64,000 bases of DNA from Afipia sp. (GCA_017308595.1 JAFKER010000014.1:15062-79061), one strand, 5' to 3'. Shown: positions 9,952 through 21,002, numbered from the stretch's first letter. Notes: generated from the letters alone by a model not told the origin. A program made the numbers and translations.

Positions 9952-10716
9952 ATGATCTCGCTCCGCTCTTTTGCTCCCCTCGCCTTCGCGCTGGTGCTGG
10001 GCCTGCCTGTCACGTCGCATGCGCAGTCGTTCAACGATGCGCAGAAAAGCGAGATTCAAAAGATCATCAAGGAATATCTCGTTGCCAATCCTGAACTGCT
10101 TGAGGAAATGTCTGCCGAGTTGCAGAAGCGACAGGCCGCAGCGGAAGCGGAGAAGCATCGCGCCGCCGTTCAGAAGAATGCGGAGGTGATCTTCAACTCC
10201 CCGCGCGGTGTCATTGTCGGCAACCGTGATGGCGATGTGAATTTCGTCGAGTTCTTCGATTACAACTGCGGCTACTGCAAACACGCAATGGCCGACATGC
10301 TGACGCTGATGAAATCGGATCCCAAGCTGCGTGTGGTGCTGAAAGAATTCCCGGTGCTCGGGCCAAGCTCGGTGGAAGCCGCTCAGGTCGCAGTCGCGGT
10401 TCGCATGCAGGATCCGAGCGGCAAGAAGTATCTCGACTTCCATCAGAAGCTGTTGAACGGACGCGGTCAGGCTGACAAGGCGCGCGCCATGGCCGCCGCC
10501 AAGGAGGCAGGTGTTGATATGGCAAGACTCGAAAAGGATCTGACCAGCCCGGAGATCAACGCCACCCTCAACGAGAACTTCAAGCTCGCAGAGGAAATGG
10601 GCCTGAACGGAACTCCTAGCTATGTCATCGGGAAAGACGTCGTGGTCGGCGCAGTCGGCGCGCCGGGTCTTGCCAAGAAAATCTCCGAGGCCCGCTGTGG
10701 AAAGGCAACCTGCTAG
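9952..10716 (+). CDS. DsbA/Com1-family thioredoxin-fold protein
   Basis: Signal peptide, EFFDYNCGYCK, GTPSYVIG. Confidence 0.9.
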   Translation: MISLRSFAPLAFALVLGLPVTSHAQSFNDAQKSEIQKIIKEYLVANPELLEEMSAELQKRQAAAEAEKHRAAVQKNAEVIFNSPRGVIVGNRDGDVNFVEFFDYNCGYCKHAMADMLTLMKSDPKLRVVLKEFPVLGPSSVEAAQVAVAVRMQDPSGKKYLDFHQKLLNGRGQADKARAMAAAKEAGVDMARLEKDLTSPEINATLNENFKLAEEMGLNGTPSYVIGKDVVVGAVGAPGLAKKISEARCGKATC

Positions 10717-10934
10717 TCCCCAGGCGGCCCGACAATGAGCGCCCGGAACATCCGTTAATATTGGTTAACTATTGATTTCAAGGCCTTTTACCGAGCTTTT
10801 CGTCTGATTTCTGAACGATTTGACGGGGGACGGTGAAGCCATCAGGCTTCCCTCCCGGCCTCAGGTTGCCTATAAACTCGCCGAAGCCGCGCGCGCCGCA
10901 TCATTTCGCCGACATCGTTGGATTTGGTTTTCGG

Positions 10935-11390
10935 ATGGCAAAGACGATCTACGTGCTCAACGGGCCGAACCTTAATCTGCTCGGCACCCGCGAGCCCGAG
11001 ACCTACGGCCATCACACGCTGGCCGATGTCGAAAAGCTCTGCCACGACACCGCCGCGCTTTACGGGCTGACGGCCGATTGCCGCCAGTCTAACCGTGAAG
11101 GCGAACTGATCGATTTCGTGCACGAGGCAGGCGCCAAGAAAGCCGCCGGCATCATTATCAATGCGGGCGGCTACTCCCACACCTCGATCGCGCTCCACGA
11201 TGCGCTGATGGCGGTCAAGCTTCCGACGGTAGAAGTTCACGTCTCGAATATCTTTGCCCGTGAGCCGTTCCGTCATCACTCCTTCGTCTCGTCCGCTGCC
11301 GTGGCAACTTTGTGCGGCTTCGGAATCGACGGCTATCGCCTTGCCATCAGTGGCCTCGCCGCGCGGATCGGCGCCAAGGCGAAAGCCTGA
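10935..11390 (+). CDS. aroQ: Type II 3-dehydroquinate dehydratase
   Basis: [45 protein letters not shown]. Confidence 0.96.
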   Translation: MAKTIYVLNGPNLNLLGTREPETYGHHTLADVEKLCHDTAALYGLTADCRQSNREGELIDFVHEAGAKKAAGIIINAGGYSHTSIALHDALMAVKLPTVEVHVSNIFAREPFRHHSFVSSAAVATLCGFGIDGYRLAISGLAARIGAKAKA

Positions 11391-11426
11391 TCGCTCTAAA
11401 TCAGTCAAGAAAGACCCGGATTTCAC

Positions 11427-11921
11427 ATGGCCTCCTCGCCGAAAGAACCATCTGCTCCCAAGGAAAAGCCAGCCGACGAGCGCGAGCTTATTCGCGAACT
11501 GGCGATGCTGCTCGATGAAACCAATCTGACGGAAATCGAGATCGAACGCGCCGGACTGCGTCTGCGGGTCGCGCGCAACATCAGCATCGCGGCCGCGGCA
11601 CCCGTTTCCTATCAGCCCGCGCCTGTCTCAGCGGCACCCGCGGCCACACCCGTCGCAGCCGCGACGTCTGCCGATATCTCGAAACATCCCGGCGTCGTTC
11701 CCTCGCCGATGGTCGGCACGGCCTATCTCGCATCCGAACCAGGCGCCAAGCCGTTCATTGACGTCGGCAGCAAGGTGAAGGTCGGCGATACGCTCATCAT
11801 CATCGAAGCGATGAAGACGATGAACCAGATTCCGGCAACCCGCGCCGGCACGGTCACGCAGATCCTTGTCGAGGACGGCCAGCCGGTCGAATTCGGCGAG
11901 CCGCTCGTTATCATTGAATAA
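11427..11921 (+). CDS. accB: Acetyl-CoA carboxylase biotin carboxyl carrier protein
   Basis: [15 protein letters not shown] biotin-attachment motif. Confidence 0.96.
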   Translation: MASSPKEPSAPKEKPADERELIRELAMLLDETNLTEIEIERAGLRLRVARNISIAAAAPVSYQPAPVSAAPAATPVAAATSADISKHPGVVPSPMVGTAYLASEPGAKPFIDVGSKVKVGDTLIIIEAMKTMNQIPATRAGTVTQILVEDGQPVEFGEPLVIIE

Positions 11922-11945
11922 TCGTTCTTAACGTCAGGCGCTGCG

Positions 11946-13301
11946 ATGTTCGACAAGATCCTGATTGCCAATCGCGGCGAGATTGCCTTGCGCGTGCTGC
12001 GCGCCTGCAAGGAACTTGGCATTGCGACCGTGGCGGTGCATTCGACTGCTGACGCCAACGCCATGCATGTCCGCCTCGCTGACGAAAGCGTCTGCATCGG
12101 CCCGCCGCCCGCCAAGGACAGCTATCTGAACGTGCCCGCCCTGCTCGCCGCCTGCGAGATTACGGGCGCGGACGCAGTTCATCCGGGTTACGGTTTCCTG
12201 TCGGAAAACGCACGCTTCGCGGAAATCCTTGCGGACCATAACCTTCATTTCATCGGTCCGAAGGCTGAGCACATCCGACTGATGGGCGACAAGATCGAGG
12301 CCAAGAAGACAGCCAAGCGTCTGGGTATCCCCGTGGTTCCCGGATCGGACGGTGGCATTGGCCCTGGCGACGATGCCATGGCCATCGCCAAGAAGATCGG
12401 CTTTCCGGTTCTGGTCAAGGCAGCCGCAGGCGGCGGCGGACGCGGCATGAAGGTCGCTCCTACCGAAGCCGATCTGCTGCTCGCGTTGTCGACCGCCAGC
12501 AACGAAGCCAAGGCAGCGTTCGGTGATGGATCGGTCTATCTGGAGAAGTACCTCGGCAAGCCACGTCACATCGAAATCCAGATTCTCGGTGACGGCCGGG
12601 GCGGTGCGATCCATCTTGGCGAGCGCGATTGTTCGCTGCAGCGCCGTCACCAGAAGGTCTGGGAGGAAGGCCCCTCGCCTATTCTGAGCGCTGCTGCGCG
12701 CGCCAAGATCGGCGAGACTTGCGCCAAGGCGATGCGCGAGATGCAGTATCTCGGCGTCGGTACAATCGAGTTCCTTTATGAGGATGGCGAGTTCTATTTC
12801 ATCGAAATGAACACGCGCATTCAGGTCGAACATCCAGTGACCGAGATGATCACCGGAATCGACCTTGTGATCGAGCAGATCCGCGTCGCAGCCGGCGGCG
12901 ACTTGCCTTGCACGCAGGATGAGATTGTCATCAACGGTCATGCAATCGAATGCCGGGTCAACGCCGAAAATCCAGTGTCCTTCCGGCCTTCACCCGGCAA
13001 AATCCTGCAGTATCACCCCCCCGGCGGGCTTGGCGTGCGGATCGATTCCGCTGTCTATCAGGGTTATGTGATCCCGCCTTATTACGACTCGCTGGTCGGC
13101 AAGCTCATTGTCCACGGCAAGACCCGTGGTGAATGCCTGATGCGGTTACGCCGCGCCCTTGATGAAATGGTGGTGGACGGCGTCGAGACCACCCTGCCGC
13201 TGTTCCGGGGACTGGTCCGGGAGCCCAGCATTATCGATGGCGATTACCACATCCATTGGCTTGAGCATTATCTCGCGGCTGGCGACACAAAGTCCTCTTA
13301 A
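11946..13301 (+). CDS. accC: Acetyl-CoA carboxylase biotin carboxylase subunit
   Basis: KILIANRGEIA, GYGFLSEN, GGGGRGM, ERDCSLQRRHQK, EMNTRIQVEHPVTE. Confidence 0.97.
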   Translation: MFDKILIANRGEIALRVLRACKELGIATVAVHSTADANAMHVRLADESVCIGPPPAKDSYLNVPALLAACEITGADAVHPGYGFLSENARFAEILADHNLHFIGPKAEHIRLMGDKIEAKKTAKRLGIPVVPGSDGGIGPGDDAMAIAKKIGFPVLVKAAAGGGGRGMKVAPTEADLLLALSTASNEAKAAFGDGSVYLEKYLGKPRHIEIQILGDGRGGAIHLGERDCSLQRRHQKVWEEGPSPILSAAARAKIGETCAKAMREMQYLGVGTIEFLYEDGEFYFIEMNTRIQVEHPVTEMITGIDLVIEQIRVAAGGDLPCTQDEIVINGHAIECRVNAENPVSFRPSPGKILQYHPPGGLGVRIDSAVYQGYVIPPYYDSLVGKLIVHGKTRGECLMRLRRALDEMVVDGVETTLPLFRGLVREPSIIDGDYHIHWLEHYLAAGDTKSS

Positions 13302-13329
13302 AAGCCTTCTCTGATTTAGTTCCATTGAT

Positions 13330-13354
13330 GGAACTAAATACCTGTTTGCGCATT
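13330..13354 (+). promoter_or_regulatory. Sigma-EcfG-type promoter motif, overlapping a perfect 12-bp inverted repeat (13314-13339)
   Basis: GGAAC-N16-CATT; inverted repeat atttagttccat-tg-atggaactaaat. Confidence 0.55.
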
Positions 13355-13443
13355 ATCCTGAACATCCGTTATCTGTACGGATCTTGGGGTAGCAATTTGA
13401 ATTCTCGGCAATTTATCCGTTCCCGAAACAGCACGGGACTCAG

Positions 13444-14982
13444 GTGACGCGGGACGCGGCCCGACGGCGCACGCTTTGGCAGATTGCCCTGTTGTCAGCG
13501 GGGTTTCTGGTGCTGGCCGCCATCAGCGTCATTTCCATCGTCCTGGTCAACAGGGCGCGGGATGACAGCCGGTGGGTGGTTCATACCGTCGAAGTGGAAA
13601 ACCAGATTTCGACCGTCCTGCTTGATGTCAGGCGCGCCGAAAGCGCCGCCAGAGGTTACCTTCTGACCTCGCAGCCAAAGTTTCTGGCCGAGCATGAGGC
13701 TGCCGTCGAGCGCATCCCGCCCGCCATGGAACGACTTGCGAACCTCACCACAGACAGTTCGCTTCAGATCGACAACACCAAACAGTTGCGGGCGGCGATT
13801 ACAATGCGGTTGGCCGAATTTGCAAAGGCCATCGAGTTTGTAAGACGAAACGACATTCCCGGCGGCGTTGCGATGTTGCGTGATGGCAGTAACGCCGCTG
13901 TCGAGCGCGTCGGCGAGATTGCCGCGGCCATGCGCAAGGAAGAAGAACGACTTTTCAACGCACGCACAGTCGCAGCAGACACCAGCCAGTCCCTCGCAGC
14001 GGTGGTCACAAGCGCCGGTTCGGGCCTTGTGTTGCTTTTGGCGGGAGCTTCACTTTTTCTGGTCCGGCGATCAACGCGCGCGCGTGACCAAGCTGAACAG
14101 CAATTGCGCGACAACAACATTAATCTCGAAGCGACGGTAGAGACACGAACCGCTGACCTTCGGGAAGCTAACGAAGAGATCCAGCGCTTCGCCTACATTG
14201 TGAGCCACGATCTTCGCTCTCCGCTTGTGAATATCATGGGCTTCACGAGCGAACTCGAGGAATTGCGTAACGACATCTTCACGCGCATTGCAAAATACAG
14301 CCGCGCGGCGTCAACAACCTCGTCTGTCCCCGAGGTCATCAAGGATACCGATCCGGGCGCTGCGCCGGAGCTTCAACAGGAAGACAAGCAGCTATCGCAA
14401 GACTTTTCGGAGGCCCTCGGCTTCATCAAGTCGTCGATCGGCAAAATGGATCGCTTGATTTCCGCCATTCTCAACCTGACGCGCGAAGGCCGTCGCGATT
14501 TCCATCCCGTGCCGATCGATACGCGGGAGTTGATCGAGACCATTATCTCGTCCGTTGCTCACCAGGCGTCTGAGGCTGACGCGCAAATTCGCGTCGAGCC
14601 GCTTCCGAATATCGTCAGTGACCGCCTGGCGATGGAACAAATCTTCTCTAATCTGGTTGATAATGCTCTCAAATATCTCAAGCCGGGTGTGCCGGGCGAC
14701 ATCCTGATCAAGGGCCGCCCCAAGCTCGGTTTTGTTATCTTCGAAGTCACGGACAACGGACGCGGCATCGACCCGAAGGATCACCAGCGGATATTCGATC
14801 TCTTTCGCCGGGCTGGAATTCAGGATCAACAGGGACAAGGCATCGGCCTTGCCCACGTCCGCGCCCTGGTGCGCCGCATGGGCGGCACGATTAATGTCTC
14901 TTCAGAACTTCACAAAGGCAGCACGTTCACGGTAACCCTGCCCGCACAGTGGAATTTCGGAACTCAAGGAAAAGAAGTATGA
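13444..14982 (+). CDS. CHASE3-domain sensor histidine kinase
   Basis: Two TM segments flank WVVHTVEV...ESAARGYLLT (CHASE3); H-box YIVSHDLRSPL; NLVDNALKY, DNGRGI, GIGLA. Confidence 0.92.
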   Translation: MTRDAARRRTLWQIALLSAGFLVLAAISVISIVLVNRARDDSRWVVHTVEVENQISTVLLDVRRAESAARGYLLTSQPKFLAEHEAAVERIPPAMERLANLTTDSSLQIDNTKQLRAAITMRLAEFAKAIEFVRRNDIPGGVAMLRDGSNAAVERVGEIAAAMRKEEERLFNARTVAADTSQSLAAVVTSAGSGLVLLLAGASLFLVRRSTRARDQAEQQLRDNNINLEATVETRTADLREANEEIQRFAYIVSHDLRSPLVNIMGFTSELEELRNDIFTRIAKYSRAASTTSSVPEVIKDTDPGAAPELQQEDKQLSQDFSEALGFIKSSIGKMDRLISAILNLTREGRRDFHPVPIDTRELIETIISSVAHQASEADAQIRVEPLPNIVSDRLAMEQIFSNLVDNALKYLKPGVPGDILIKGRPKLGFVIFEVTDNGRGIDPKDHQRIFDLFRRAGIQDQQGQGIGLAHVRALVRRMGGTINVSSELHKGSTFTVTLPAQWNFGTQGKEV

Positions 14983-15419
14983 GCCTGCCAGTCAAAATCG
15001 TCATGATCGAGGACGACGAGGGTCATGCCCGTCTGATCGAGCGCAACATCCGGCGCTCAGGCGTCAACAACGAAATCTTGCCGTTTACGAACGGTAGCGA
15101 TGCGGTGAAGTATCTGTTCGGCAAGGATGGCTCAGGTGCCGAACACAAGGATCAGGCGCTACTGATTCTGCTGGACCTCAATCTTCCCGATATGACCGGA
15201 ATCGATATTCTCAAGCGGATCAAGGAGAACGCGCACGTCAAATGCGCGCCCGTCGTCGTGCTGACAACCACGGACGACGAACAGGAAATCAAGCGCTGCT
15301 ACGAACTGGGCTGCAACGTCTACATTACCAAGCCGGTCAATTACGAAAGCTTTGCCAACGCCATTCGTCAGCTGGGGCTTTTCTTTTCAGTCATCAAGGT
15401 TCCCCCTGTCACAACATGA
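14979..15419 (+). CDS. Single-domain response regulator (Rcp1-like)
   Basis: MIEDDEGH, LLDLNLP, VVVLTT, YITKP; ATGA overlap with the upstream kinase. Confidence 0.92.
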   Translation: MSLPVKIVMIEDDEGHARLIERNIRRSGVNNEILPFTNGSDAVKYLFGKDGSGAEHKDQALLILLDLNLPDMTGIDILKRIKENAHVKCAPVVVLTTTDDEQEIKRCYELGCNVYITKPVNYESFANAIRQLGLFFSVIKVPPVTT

Positions 15420-16504
15420 AACCCGCAACGCCCCTTCTTTTGTACATTGACGACGATGCCGGTCTCGCGCGGCTGGTCGAGCGTGGGTTAAGACGTCAGG
15501 GCTTTACGGTCGAGCATGCGCCGGATGGTGCAAGCGGTCTTTCACGTATCCAGCAGGGTGGCATTGATGTCGTGGCGCTGGACCAGCACATGCCCGGCCT
15601 CGATGGCCTCGAGACACTTGCCGAAATCCAGAAAATACCGAATGCGCCGCCTGTGATTTTTGTCACTGCATCACAGGACAGCAAAATCGCAATCACCGCC
15701 CTGAAGGCTGGGTCTGCGGACTATCTGGTCAAGGACACGCAGGGTGAATTTCTCGCCCTGCTCGACGTCGCGGCCAAAGGAGCGATCGAGCAGTCATTGG
15801 TGCGCAAGGCGCGCGACGATGCCGAGGCGGAAGTCCACGCATCGCGCGACCGCTACGCGGCGCTGGCTGCGGAGCGGGAAGTTTTGCTTCGCGAAGTCAA
15901 CCACCGCGTCGGCAACAGCTTGCAGATCATTGCGTCACTGCTTCATCTCCAGGCAAACTCCGCAACGGACGACGATGTGAAGGCCGCGCTCACCAACGCG
16001 ATGGGCCGCGTCGCTGCCGTGGCACAAGTCCATCGCCGCCTTTACACCTCGCAGGACTTGAAGACGGTGATGCTGAATCAGTATCTCGAAGCCCTGCTCG
16101 AGGATTTGCGGCGGTCGGCCGAAGGCAACCGAATGTCACGCCTTACGCTCAAGGCGGAGCCGGTTGAAATCGATCCGGATCGCGCGGTCGCAATCGGCAT
16201 CATTGTCAACGAACTGGTGATGAATGCCGTCAAGTATGCCTATCCAGACGGCGCGGGCCCGATCCATGTTGATCTGCTATCCTGCAAGGATGGGCTTGAA
16301 CTCTCGATCTCTGACGATGGCGTTGGATTGCAGGTCAAGCAGAACCCCCGATCCACCGGCATGGGCCAACGCATCGTCACCGCCATGGCCACCAAGCTGG
16401 GAACCAGGGCAGAACGCGATCCATCCCACTCCGGAACGCGCATTGTGCTGAAACTTGGGAGCGCTTTGCAACGGGAGACGGGACAAGTGGCCGGAGCGGC
16501 CTGA
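15416..16504 (+). CDS. Hybrid REC + HisKA_2/HWE-type histidine kinase
   Basis: N-terminal receiver (YIDDD...LDQHMPG); H-box [12 protein letters not shown]; [12 protein letters not shown]; DDGVG; GMG. Confidence 0.9.
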   Translation: MKPATPLLLYIDDDAGLARLVERGLRRQGFTVEHAPDGASGLSRIQQGGIDVVALDQHMPGLDGLETLAEIQKIPNAPPVIFVTASQDSKIAITALKAGSADYLVKDTQGEFLALLDVAAKGAIEQSLVRKARDDAEAEVHASRDRYAALAAEREVLLREVNHRVGNSLQIIASLLHLQANSATDDDVKAALTNAMGRVAAVAQVHRRLYTSQDLKTVMLNQYLEALLEDLRRSAEGNRMSRLTLKAEPVEIDPDRAVAIGIIVNELVMNAVKYAYPDGAGPIHVDLLSCKDGLELSISDDGVGLQVKQNPRSTGMGQRIVTAMATKLGTRAERDPSHSGTRIVLKLGSALQRETGQVAGAA

Positions 16505-16541
16505 CGGTCGCGCGAAGTGGCGTAACCTGCTAAGATTGCGC

Positions 16542-17216
16542 ATGAGTTCGCGCGACACCGCCTCCTCCGAGATTACGCCCAGTGTCCTGCTGCGCGCCTA
16601 TGCCTGCGGCATTTTCCCAATGTCGGAAAGCGTCGACGATCCCACAATTTTCTGGGTCGAGCCGGAGAACCGCGGCATCATCCCGCTTGACGGCTTTCGC
16701 GTTGCGTCGCGCCTTGCGCGAACAGTCCGATCGGACAGCTTCCGTGTCACGGTCAATACGGCGTTCAAGCAGACAATCGCAGGCTGCGCCGCGCCGCAGC
16801 CCGGCCGCGATGACACCTGGATCAATGGACGCATCCGCGATCTCTACACGTCATTGCACGAGATCGGTCATTGCCACAGCGTCGAAGTCTGGCGCGGCGG
16901 CGATTTGGTCGGCGGCCTCTATGGCGTCAGCCTTGGCCGCGCATTCTTCGGTGAAAGCATGTTTCACACCGAGCGCGACGCCTCGAAGGTCGCGCTGGTT
17001 CATCTGGTGGCCCGCTTGATCGCAGGCCGTTTCGTGCTGCTCGACACGCAGTTCGTGACCGATCATCTGCGCAGCTTTGGTGCCGTTGAAGTTTCCCGGC
17101 GGCGCTATCGGGCAATGCTCGACGATGCAATCACCGGGCATGGCGACTTTTTCGCTCTCCCCGCAGATCGGTCTGTGACAGGCGCGGAAGCACTGGCATT
17201 TCTGGCGCAGGCCTAG
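16542..17216 (+). CDS. aat: Leucyl/phenylalanyl-tRNA--protein transferase
   Basis: [46 protein letters not shown]. Confidence 0.95.
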   Translation: MSSRDTASSEITPSVLLRAYACGIFPMSESVDDPTIFWVEPENRGIIPLDGFRVASRLARTVRSDSFRVTVNTAFKQTIAGCAAPQPGRDDTWINGRIRDLYTSLHEIGHCHSVEVWRGGDLVGGLYGVSLGRAFFGESMFHTERDASKVALVHLVARLIAGRFVLLDTQFVTDHLRSFGAVEVSRRRYRAMLDDAITGHGDFFALPADRSVTGAEALAFLAQA

Positions 17217-17229
17217 ACCGCCCCGCGCA

Positions 17230-18099
17230 TTATCGCTGGAACGGAGGAAACGGATTGGGCGGCGGCAAAGGCCGCGCAGGCTGCTTTGCCGGACGCTTCG
17301 GCTGCTGTTGAGGCGGCGGCGGAGGCGCGGCTGCCTTGGGTGCCTCCTGCTGCGCAACGGTTGATGACGGCCCTTTACAGTCGGTCAGCCAGATGTCGTA
17401 AATCGGATGTTCGACACCGTGCAGGCCGGGACTGGCCGCGAACATCCAGCCGGAGAAAATCCGCTTGACCTCACCCTGCAGCGTGATTTCATCGACTTCG
17501 ACGAACGCATCGGTGTTGGCGGCTTCCGTCGACGGCCGCGTGTAGCAGGCCTGAGGCTTGACCCGCAACGCGCCGAACTGAACGGTTTCGCCCATCTCCG
17601 CATCAAACTTGATGATGCGTCCGGTGATCTTGTCGAGGCCCGCAAACACCGCCTGCTTGTTGACGATCTTCTGCGCGGGCGGCTCGGTGACGACTTCGTC
17701 GCCCGGCTGCAGGGTCGCGGGTGACGGCGGTGCGCCGCGCGGTTGCTTTTGCCCGGGCGGTAAACCGGGAAGCGGATTAACGGTTGCAGCATTCGGTGCT
17801 GGTTGCGCTGAGCCGGGCGGCGGCGGGAGCGGCTGGCTCTGCACGTTGGCGGGCGGCGGAGCGCCCTGCCCCGGCGGCAACTGGCGGTTCGGCGTCGGAA
17901 GCAGACGGCCCTGCGGCGGCAGGTCCGGGACCTCCTCTTCCTCGGGCTCCTGAATCGGTTCGCCGCGCTGGATATTGGCCGGCGGGCGCGGCCGGTCAGA
18001 AAAGATGTTGCCGATCTGGGCATGGACAGGTGTCACAAGCGAGATCAGCGATGTCGCGATCAGGCTTGCGAAAGCTGTTGTCGTGGCGATCCGGAGCAT
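17230..18099 (-). CDS. DUF2155-domain secreted protein with Pro-rich linkers
   Basis: Signal peptide; GLDKITGR...QFGAL...C...FSGWMFAASPGLHGVEHPIYDIWLTDC. Confidence 0.85.
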   Translation of the reverse strand: MLRIATTTAFASLIATSLISLVTPVHAQIGNIFSDRPRPPANIQRGEPIQEPEEEEVPDLPPQGRLLPTPNRQLPPGQGAPPPANVQSQPLPPPPGSAQPAPNAATVNPLPGLPPGQKQPRGAPPSPATLQPGDEVVTEPPAQKIVNKQAVFAGLDKITGRIIKFDAEMGETVQFGALRVKPQACYTRPSTEAANTDAFVEVDEITLQGEVKRIFSGWMFAASPGLHGVEHPIYDIWLTDCKGPSSTVAQQEAPKAAAPPPPPQQQPKRPAKQPARPLPPPNPFPPFQR

Positions 18100-18335
18100 C
18101 GGGTGCAACTTCACGAAAGCACGATGCGATGACATGCGAAGCGGCTTCCGGAAAACATCGTGCTCCACACCTGTCGGAACGATCACGTTCATGATCTCAA
18201 AATGATCCGGCCCCAATCAGCGACTCAACCGAATCGGTTACGCGCCATTTTACAGACAATGGGCCTCGGCATCTGTGGGTTAACACGCCGAATACGGCGG
18301 GGAAAGGGCGCGGCCTAGCCCCTGCAGTGGCGGCG

Positions 18336-18746
18336 TTATTGTCCGGGGGTCCAGGCCTGATAGTCGCCCGTCGCTTTCGGACGTCGGCCACTGGCGAGCG
18401 TCGAACCGGAGGGGCGGTAAGCGGCCGGCGTGCCAGTCATGTTGGGACGGTGAGACTTCTCCCATTCGCGCGGCTTGTAGTCGACCTCGGTCGGAGGCGT
18501 ATCCACCGTATGATGGAGCCAACCGTGCCATGCCGGCGGCACCCGCGTCGCTTCAGCGTAACCATTGTAGATCACCCACCGGCGCTCAAAGCCCAGCGTC
18601 GGGTCGATCTTGCCGCCACGCGTCCGGTAATAGGTATTTCCGCTCTCGTCCTGCCCGACAACTTCACCAAACCGGCGGGTCCATAGCTGCGTGCCGAAGG
18701 TCGACCCGCTCCACCACGTGAAAAAACGCAGGAAAAACAGCTTCAT
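18336..18746 (-). CDS. NADH:ubiquinone oxidoreductase NDUFA12 (B17.2)-family protein
   Basis: VGQDESGNTYY, ERRWVIY, VPPAWHGWLHH, PNMTGTP, DYQAWTP. Confidence 0.92.
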   Translation of the reverse strand: MKLFFLRFFTWWSGSTFGTQLWTRRFGEVVGQDESGNTYYRTRGGKIDPTLGFERRWVIYNGYAEATRVPPAWHGWLHHTVDTPPTEVDYKPREWEKSHRPNMTGTPAAYRPSGSTLASGRRPKATGDYQAWTPGQ

Positions 18747-18840
18747 GGCGCGAATCCGAATTTGGGCATAAAGGCCGCAGGAGGGCTTTTTGATGCCACT
18801 GCGCGGGCCAATTGTCCAGCACCAACAGCAACTTGGTGCA

Positions 18841-20055
18841 ATGCATGAACCTCTTTCCGGCCTGCGCGTTGATGTGGTCCAGCACGCAGTTCCCCGGATT
18901 CCCCGAATGCTTGAGGCTATCAAATACAGCTATGCAGAAATCCTGCACACGCTTCTGCGGTTGCCTGACTGGCTGGCCGCGTCCGCGCTCGTCGCGGGAG
19001 GAATCGTTGTCGCGCTGATTGCCCACGCGCTGATCGTGCACACCATCCGGAATACGCTTGGTGTCCGTCATCCCAAAACCCGGTCGCTGCTGACGCGCAG
19101 TAAGGGGCCTCTCCAATTGGCTCTGATCGTTCTGGCGCTCAAACTTGTGGTCGGTGTCGCGCCGATCGGAGAGACCGCCGCTGTCTTGTTCGGCAACATC
19201 CTCAGTGTGTCATTTATTGCGCTGCTGGGATGGACAGCACTCATCGCCGTTCAGATCGGATCGCAAATTTATCTGCGGCGCTTCAGCCTCGACGCCGAAG
19301 ACAATCTGCTGGCGCGCAAGCACGTCACACAGATCGGCATCCTCAAGCGCGCCGCGGACACGCTGATCGTCATCATGACTGTCGCGGCCGCCATGATGAG
19401 CTTCGAAGAGGTGCGGCAGTACGGCGTTAGCCTGTTTGCATCCGCCGGTGTCGCCGGCCTCGCGATCGGTCTGGCGGCACGCCCCCTGCTCTCAAACCTG
19501 ATTGCCGGCGTGCAGATCGCCGTAGCCCAGCCAATCCGTCTCGACGATGTCGTTTTTCTTGAAGGCGAATACGGCACCATCGAGGAAATCACCACGACCT
19601 ATGTCGTGATCAAGCTCTGGGATTGGCGCCGCATGGTCGTGCCGCTGAGTTACTTTATCGAAAAACCTTTTCAGAACTGGACGCGGGAAACATCCGCGCT
19701 GATCGGCTCGGTGTTTCTCTATGTCGACTACACCGTGCCGGTCGAGAAAGTTCGCGAGAAGCTGATGGAGGTGGCGCGGGCCTCGCCGCTGTGGGATGGC
19801 CGTGTCGTGGTGCTTCAAGTCAGCGACGCCAAGGACCACACCATCGAATTGCGCGCATTGCTCAGTGCGCGAAGCGCACCCGCAGCGTGGGACTTGCGCT
19901 GCGACGTGCGGGAAAAGCTGATCGCCTATCTGCAGGCAGAATATCCCGAAGCGCTCCCGCGAACCCGGCAGGAGTTTGTCGCACGCGGACAGCGCCATCA
20001 CAGCGAACGATCGCCACCCTCGCTGGTGCCCGATCACCATTCCGTGTCACGCTGA
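18841..20055 (+). CDS. Small-conductance mechanosensitive channel (MscS family)
   Basis: Several TM helices; LFASAGVAGLAIGLAARP, QPIRLDD, GTIEEITTTY, WDWRRMVVP. Start is uncertain (18790, 18841 or 18907). Confidence 0.88.
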   Translation: MHEPLSGLRVDVVQHAVPRIPRMLEAIKYSYAEILHTLLRLPDWLAASALVAGGIVVALIAHALIVHTIRNTLGVRHPKTRSLLTRSKGPLQLALIVLALKLVVGVAPIGETAAVLFGNILSVSFIALLGWTALIAVQIGSQIYLRRFSLDAEDNLLARKHVTQIGILKRAADTLIVIMTVAAAMMSFEEVRQYGVSLFASAGVAGLAIGLAARPLLSNLIAGVQIAVAQPIRLDDVVFLEGEYGTIEEITTTYVVIKLWDWRRMVVPLSYFIEKPFQNWTRETSALIGSVFLYVDYTVPVEKVREKLMEVARASPLWDGRVVVLQVSDAKDHTIELRALLSARSAPAAWDLRCDVREKLIAYLQAEYPEALPRTRQEFVARGQRHHSERSPPSLVPDHHSVSR

Positions 20056-20131
20056 CACCGTTTAGGCGCATTCCGTTCATGCTGCATTGGGCTGGCGCGT
20101 GCAAGTCTCAGCGTGAAACTTTGGAAAGCGC

Positions 20132-20156
20132 GGAACATCCGAGTTTGGCTTCCGTT
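20132..20156 (+). promoter_or_regulatory. Sigma-EcfG (general stress response) promoter motif
   Basis: Exact GGAAC-N16-CGTT immediately upstream of the first BA14K gene. Confidence 0.75.
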
Positions 20157-20185
20157 CTTTAATGAAGTTCATCGGAGTTCGAACA

Positions 20186-20839
20186 ATGATCAATCTCAAG
20201 GTTATCGGCGCAGCAGCCCTGCTCGCAATTGCCCCAGCTCTCGCTTCATCGGTCGCTGACGCCCGTCCGGGCGGCGGCGGATTTTCCCGCGGTGGAGGTG
20301 GTGGAGGCGCTGCATTCCGCGGCGGAGGCGGCGGTGGATTTCGTGGTGGCGGATTTGCCGCGCGTCCTAGCTTTGGCGGCGGATTCCGCGGCGGAAACTT
20401 TGCGGCACGCCCGAGTTTCGGCGGCGGTCCGCGCGTCGGGAATTTCGGTGGCAACAACTTCGGACGTGCTGCCATAGCAGGAGCTGGTGTGGGAGCCCTG
20501 TCCACCAATCGTTCCTGGCGGCCGGTCGCTCAGCTTGGCGGCGGCAGGCAGTGGAATGGAAACCGGCATTGGCGCGGACGGCATTGGCGCGGTCCCGGCT
20601 ATGGCTTTGGTGCCGGACTGGCGCTCGGCGCTCTCGGCTCGTCGTATTATTATAGCGATCCATACTATTACGATGACTCATACGCCTACGCACCGGATGG
20701 CTATGTAGATGACGGACAGTATGCTGCCGTACCGGCATCCGACAGCGATGCGGCCTACTGTGCCCAGCGGTACAAATCCTACGATCCCGCCTCGGGTACC
20801 TATCTGAACTACGACGGCAACCGTTACCCTTGCCCGTAA
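20186..20839 (+). CDS. BA14K-family secreted protein with Gly/Arg-rich low-complexity region
   Basis: Signal peptide; C-terminal AYCAQRYKSYDPASGTYLNYDGNRYPCP. Confidence 0.88.
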   Translation: MINLKVIGAAALLAIAPALASSVADARPGGGGFSRGGGGGGAAFRGGGGGGFRGGGFAARPSFGGGFRGGNFAARPSFGGGPRVGNFGGNNFGRAAIAGAGVGALSTNRSWRPVAQLGGGRQWNGNRHWRGRHWRGPGYGFGAGLALGALGSSYYYSDPYYYDDSYAYAPDGYVDDGQYAAVPASDSDAAYCAQRYKSYDPASGTYLNYDGNRYPCP

Positions 20840-21002
20840 GCCCACGCGGTTAACCAGACGACTTCCGGGGCGTGTTCCGAGTGCGGAACCGCCCCAGAAG
20901 CGCCTGAATCCCCACGAACATTACGGTTCCCTGAATGGAAGCGGCGCATCCCGCGCGGCCTCCCAATTCAGAGTGATCGATGCGGGCTTCAATGAGGAAA
21001 TC

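Noticed and set aside
10755-10769. TTAA-N6-TTAAC upstream of aroQ as a CtrA box
   Set aside because: Spacer is 6 rather than 7, and the neighbouring GGAAC lacks a correctly spaced -10.
20260-20460. Repetitive ggcggcgg-rich DNA as a CRISPR or tandem repeat array
   Set aside because: Explained by Gly/Arg-rich coding sequence; no constant repeat-spacer period, and no cas genes in the window.
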